Assembly: GCA_046290465.1 (NCBI GenBank)
Contig: JBKAGP010000001.1
Location: 64,001-128,000, forward strand
From: Planctomycetota bacterium
GTDB lineage: Bacteria > Planctomycetota > UBA1135 > UBA2386
DNA: 64,000 nt
Reading direction: 5' to 3'
Shown here: positions 62,367 through 64,000 of the stretch, in pieces
Layout: each line of letters starts with the position of its first letter
Numbering within the stretch: the stretch's first letter is position 1
Notes under the pieces: generated by a model
Told to the model about the DNA's origin: nothing
What the model saw: the letters and a program-made list of their open reading frames with translations, nothing else
Database searches by the model: none
Program-made: the position numbers and the translations under genes

Positions 62367-63671
62367 ATGCCGCACGTCGCCTTCGTCCCGCTGGTCGGCG
62401 CACGCGTTCACCAAGAACGTGTGCTGGAGCTGGGCATGTCGCTGCCGGGCTTCCGGCAGCGCGGCCGCGCGATCGGTGGCCTGCCGGCGCTGGGGCTGTT
62501 GACGCTCGCCGGCATGACGCCGGGCGAGTGGGGGCGCAGCTGGCACGAGCTGCAGGGCGACGCGCGGACGGTCGTCGACGAGCTCGTCCTGCAGCGGCCG
62601 ACGTTCGTGGCGATCTCGGCGCTGACGGCGTCGGTCGACGAGGCCTATGCGCTGTGTGCGCAGCTGCGCGACGAAGGCATCCCGGTCGTGGTCGGCGGCC
62701 TGCACGCGACAGCACTGCCGGACGAGGTGCTGCAGCACGCCGACGCGGTGTGCGTCGGCGAAGGCGAGCCGGTGTGGCTTCGGATCTTGCGCGACGCCCA
62801 GAACGGCCAGCTGCACGGCCGCTACCAGGCGGACCGCGCGTTCGACCTCAGAGACGCACCGCTGCCGGCGTTCGAGCTGCTCGGCGAGGGCGTGCGGCCG
62901 CGCTACACGCTGCAGACCGCACGCGGCTGCCCGTTCGCCTGCGAGTTCTGCGCGGCGAGCCGGCTGCTCGGGCCGTTCCGGCAGAAGCCGCTGCCGCGCA
63001 TCGAAGCCGAGCTCGACGCGATCACGCGGCGCGAGGCCCGGCCGCTGATCGAGCTCGCCGACGACAACACGTTCGCCGGTCGCGATGCGCCGTGGCTGCC
63101 GGCGTTCGCGCAAGTCCAGGCGCGCTGGTTCACCGAGAGCGACTGGCGCATCGGCGAACGGCCCGAGCTGCTCGCGCAGCTGCGCGCGTCGGGCTGCCGC
63201 CAGGTGCTGGTCGGGATCGAGTCACTGGTGTTCCGGCATCCCGGCATGGGCAAGAAGGAGGACCGGCTCGATCGCATGCTCTCTGCGGTCGACGCGATCC
63301 AGGCGGCCGGCATCGTCGTCAACGGCTGCTTCGTGCTCGGCGCGGACGGCGAGACCGACGAGTCGGCCGGGCGGCTGGCGGAGTTCCTCTGCGACAGCCC
63401 GTTCGCCGAGGTGCAGGTGACGCTGCAGACGCCGTTCCCGGGCGCGCCGCTGCGCGAGCGGCTGCATGGCGAGGGGCGGCTGCGCGCGGCCGCGCCGTGG
63501 TCGAGCCACACGCTGTTCGACGTCTGCTTCGAGCCCGACCGGATGTCGGTGACGCAGCTCGAGGCGGCGTTCGAGGCGGTGCTGCGGCGCGTGTTCTCGG
63601 CAGAGCAGACCGAGCAGCGCGCGCGGCTGCGCCGGTCGGTGTGGCGGCGGGCGCGGGAGGTGCGCGCATGA
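62367..63671 (+). CDS. B12-binding domain radical SAM protein
   Basis: LGLLTLAG, VVGGLHAT..PDE, GEGE, TARGCPFACEFC, DDN, TPFPG. Confidence 0.9.
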   Translation: MPHVAFVPLVGARVHQERVLELGMSLPGFRQRGRAIGGLPALGLLTLAGMTPGEWGRSWHELQGDARTVVDELVLQRPTFVAISALTASVDEAYALCAQLRDEGIPVVVGGLHATALPDEVLQHADAVCVGEGEPVWLRILRDAQNGQLHGRYQADRAFDLRDAPLPAFELLGEGVRPRYTLQTARGCPFACEFCAASRLLGPFRQKPLPRIEAELDAITRREARPLIELADDNTFAGRDAPWLPAFAQVQARWFTESDWRIGERPELLAQLRASGCRQVLVGIESLVFRHPGMGKKEDRLDRMLSAVDAIQAAGIVVNGCFVLGADGETDESAGRLAEFLCDSPFAEVQVTLQTPFPGAPLRERLHGEGRLRAAAPWSSHTLFDVCFEPDRMSVTQLEAAFEAVLRRVFSAEQTEQRARLRRSVWRRAREVRA

Positions 63672-64000
63672 ACCTGTTGGACTGTGTGAGGTTCCTGGTT
63701 GGCGATGCTGGCGCGATCCGGCGCATCGCCGCCTGCCGCGCGTCGGTCTGGGTCGGCCTCGTCTTTGTGCTGATGGCGTCGCTGGCGCGCGAGTACGACC
63801 AGGAGGACCTGGTGCACGAGCCGTGGCGGCTGCTGGCCTCGCCCGGCGCGTCGTTGCTGGTGGCGTCGGTCCTGTACGCGTTCGTGCGGGGGGGCGGCAA
63901 GGGGGAGCGGACCAAGGAGCCCTTCGCTGTCGGCTGGCGCCGGTTCGTCGCGCTGTTCTGGATGACCGGGCCGCTCGCGTGGATCTATGCGGTCCCGTAC
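63668..64000 (+). CDS. Hypothetical membrane protein, 3'-truncated by the window edge
   Basis: ATGA overlap; MNLLDCVRFLVG...SLAREYDQEDL...FWMTGPLAWIYAVPY open to the window end. Confidence 0.7.
   Translation, partial: MNLLDCVRFLVGDAGAIRRIAACRASVWVGLVFVLMASLAREYDQEDLVHEPWRLLASPGASLLVASVLYAFVRGGGKGERTKEPFAVGWRRFVALFWMTGPLAWIYAVPY

Overview
Very GC-rich (about 70% by eye), gene-dense bacterial chromosome segment. It most likely comes from an uncultured Planctomycetota, judging by the PVC-type ThuA/CxxCH heme protein, DUF1570- and DUF1573-like proteins, carboxypeptidase-regulatory-domain proteins and fused lpxC-fabZ; this is an inference, not a database result. Envelope and LPS genes: GT9 heptosyltransferase, SGNH hydrolase, sulfotransferase, skp, lpxC-fabZ, a GnnA-like dehydrogenase, a LysM L,D-transpeptidase and two porins. 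Signalling: an FHA-GAF sigma54 activator with a Ser/Thr kinase, and a KaiC-like ATPase. Metabolism and housekeeping: acpS, a JAMM protease, a Cys/Met PLP enzyme, a GCS2-CBS ligase with an AstE/AspA hydrolase, kynA, fbp, a moaD-moaE fusion, pepA, acs and an AraC-controlled sugar oxidation/uptake cluster. There is also a 6S RNA. The mobile and repeat fraction comprises a REP-associated tyrosine transposase (RAYT), at least three families of REP/REPIN-like palindromes including a 4 x 83 bp array, and an IS1-related element with 20-bp terminal inverted repeats. The least explained signals are (1) strand-specific halos of C-depleted synonymous codons around the palindromes and the RAYT, suggesting local mutagenesis, and (2) a shared ~130-aa module at opposite ends of two unrelated secreted proteins. 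No CRISPR array, tRNA or rRNA was seen. All calls are by eye from motifs, and start codons are best estimates.
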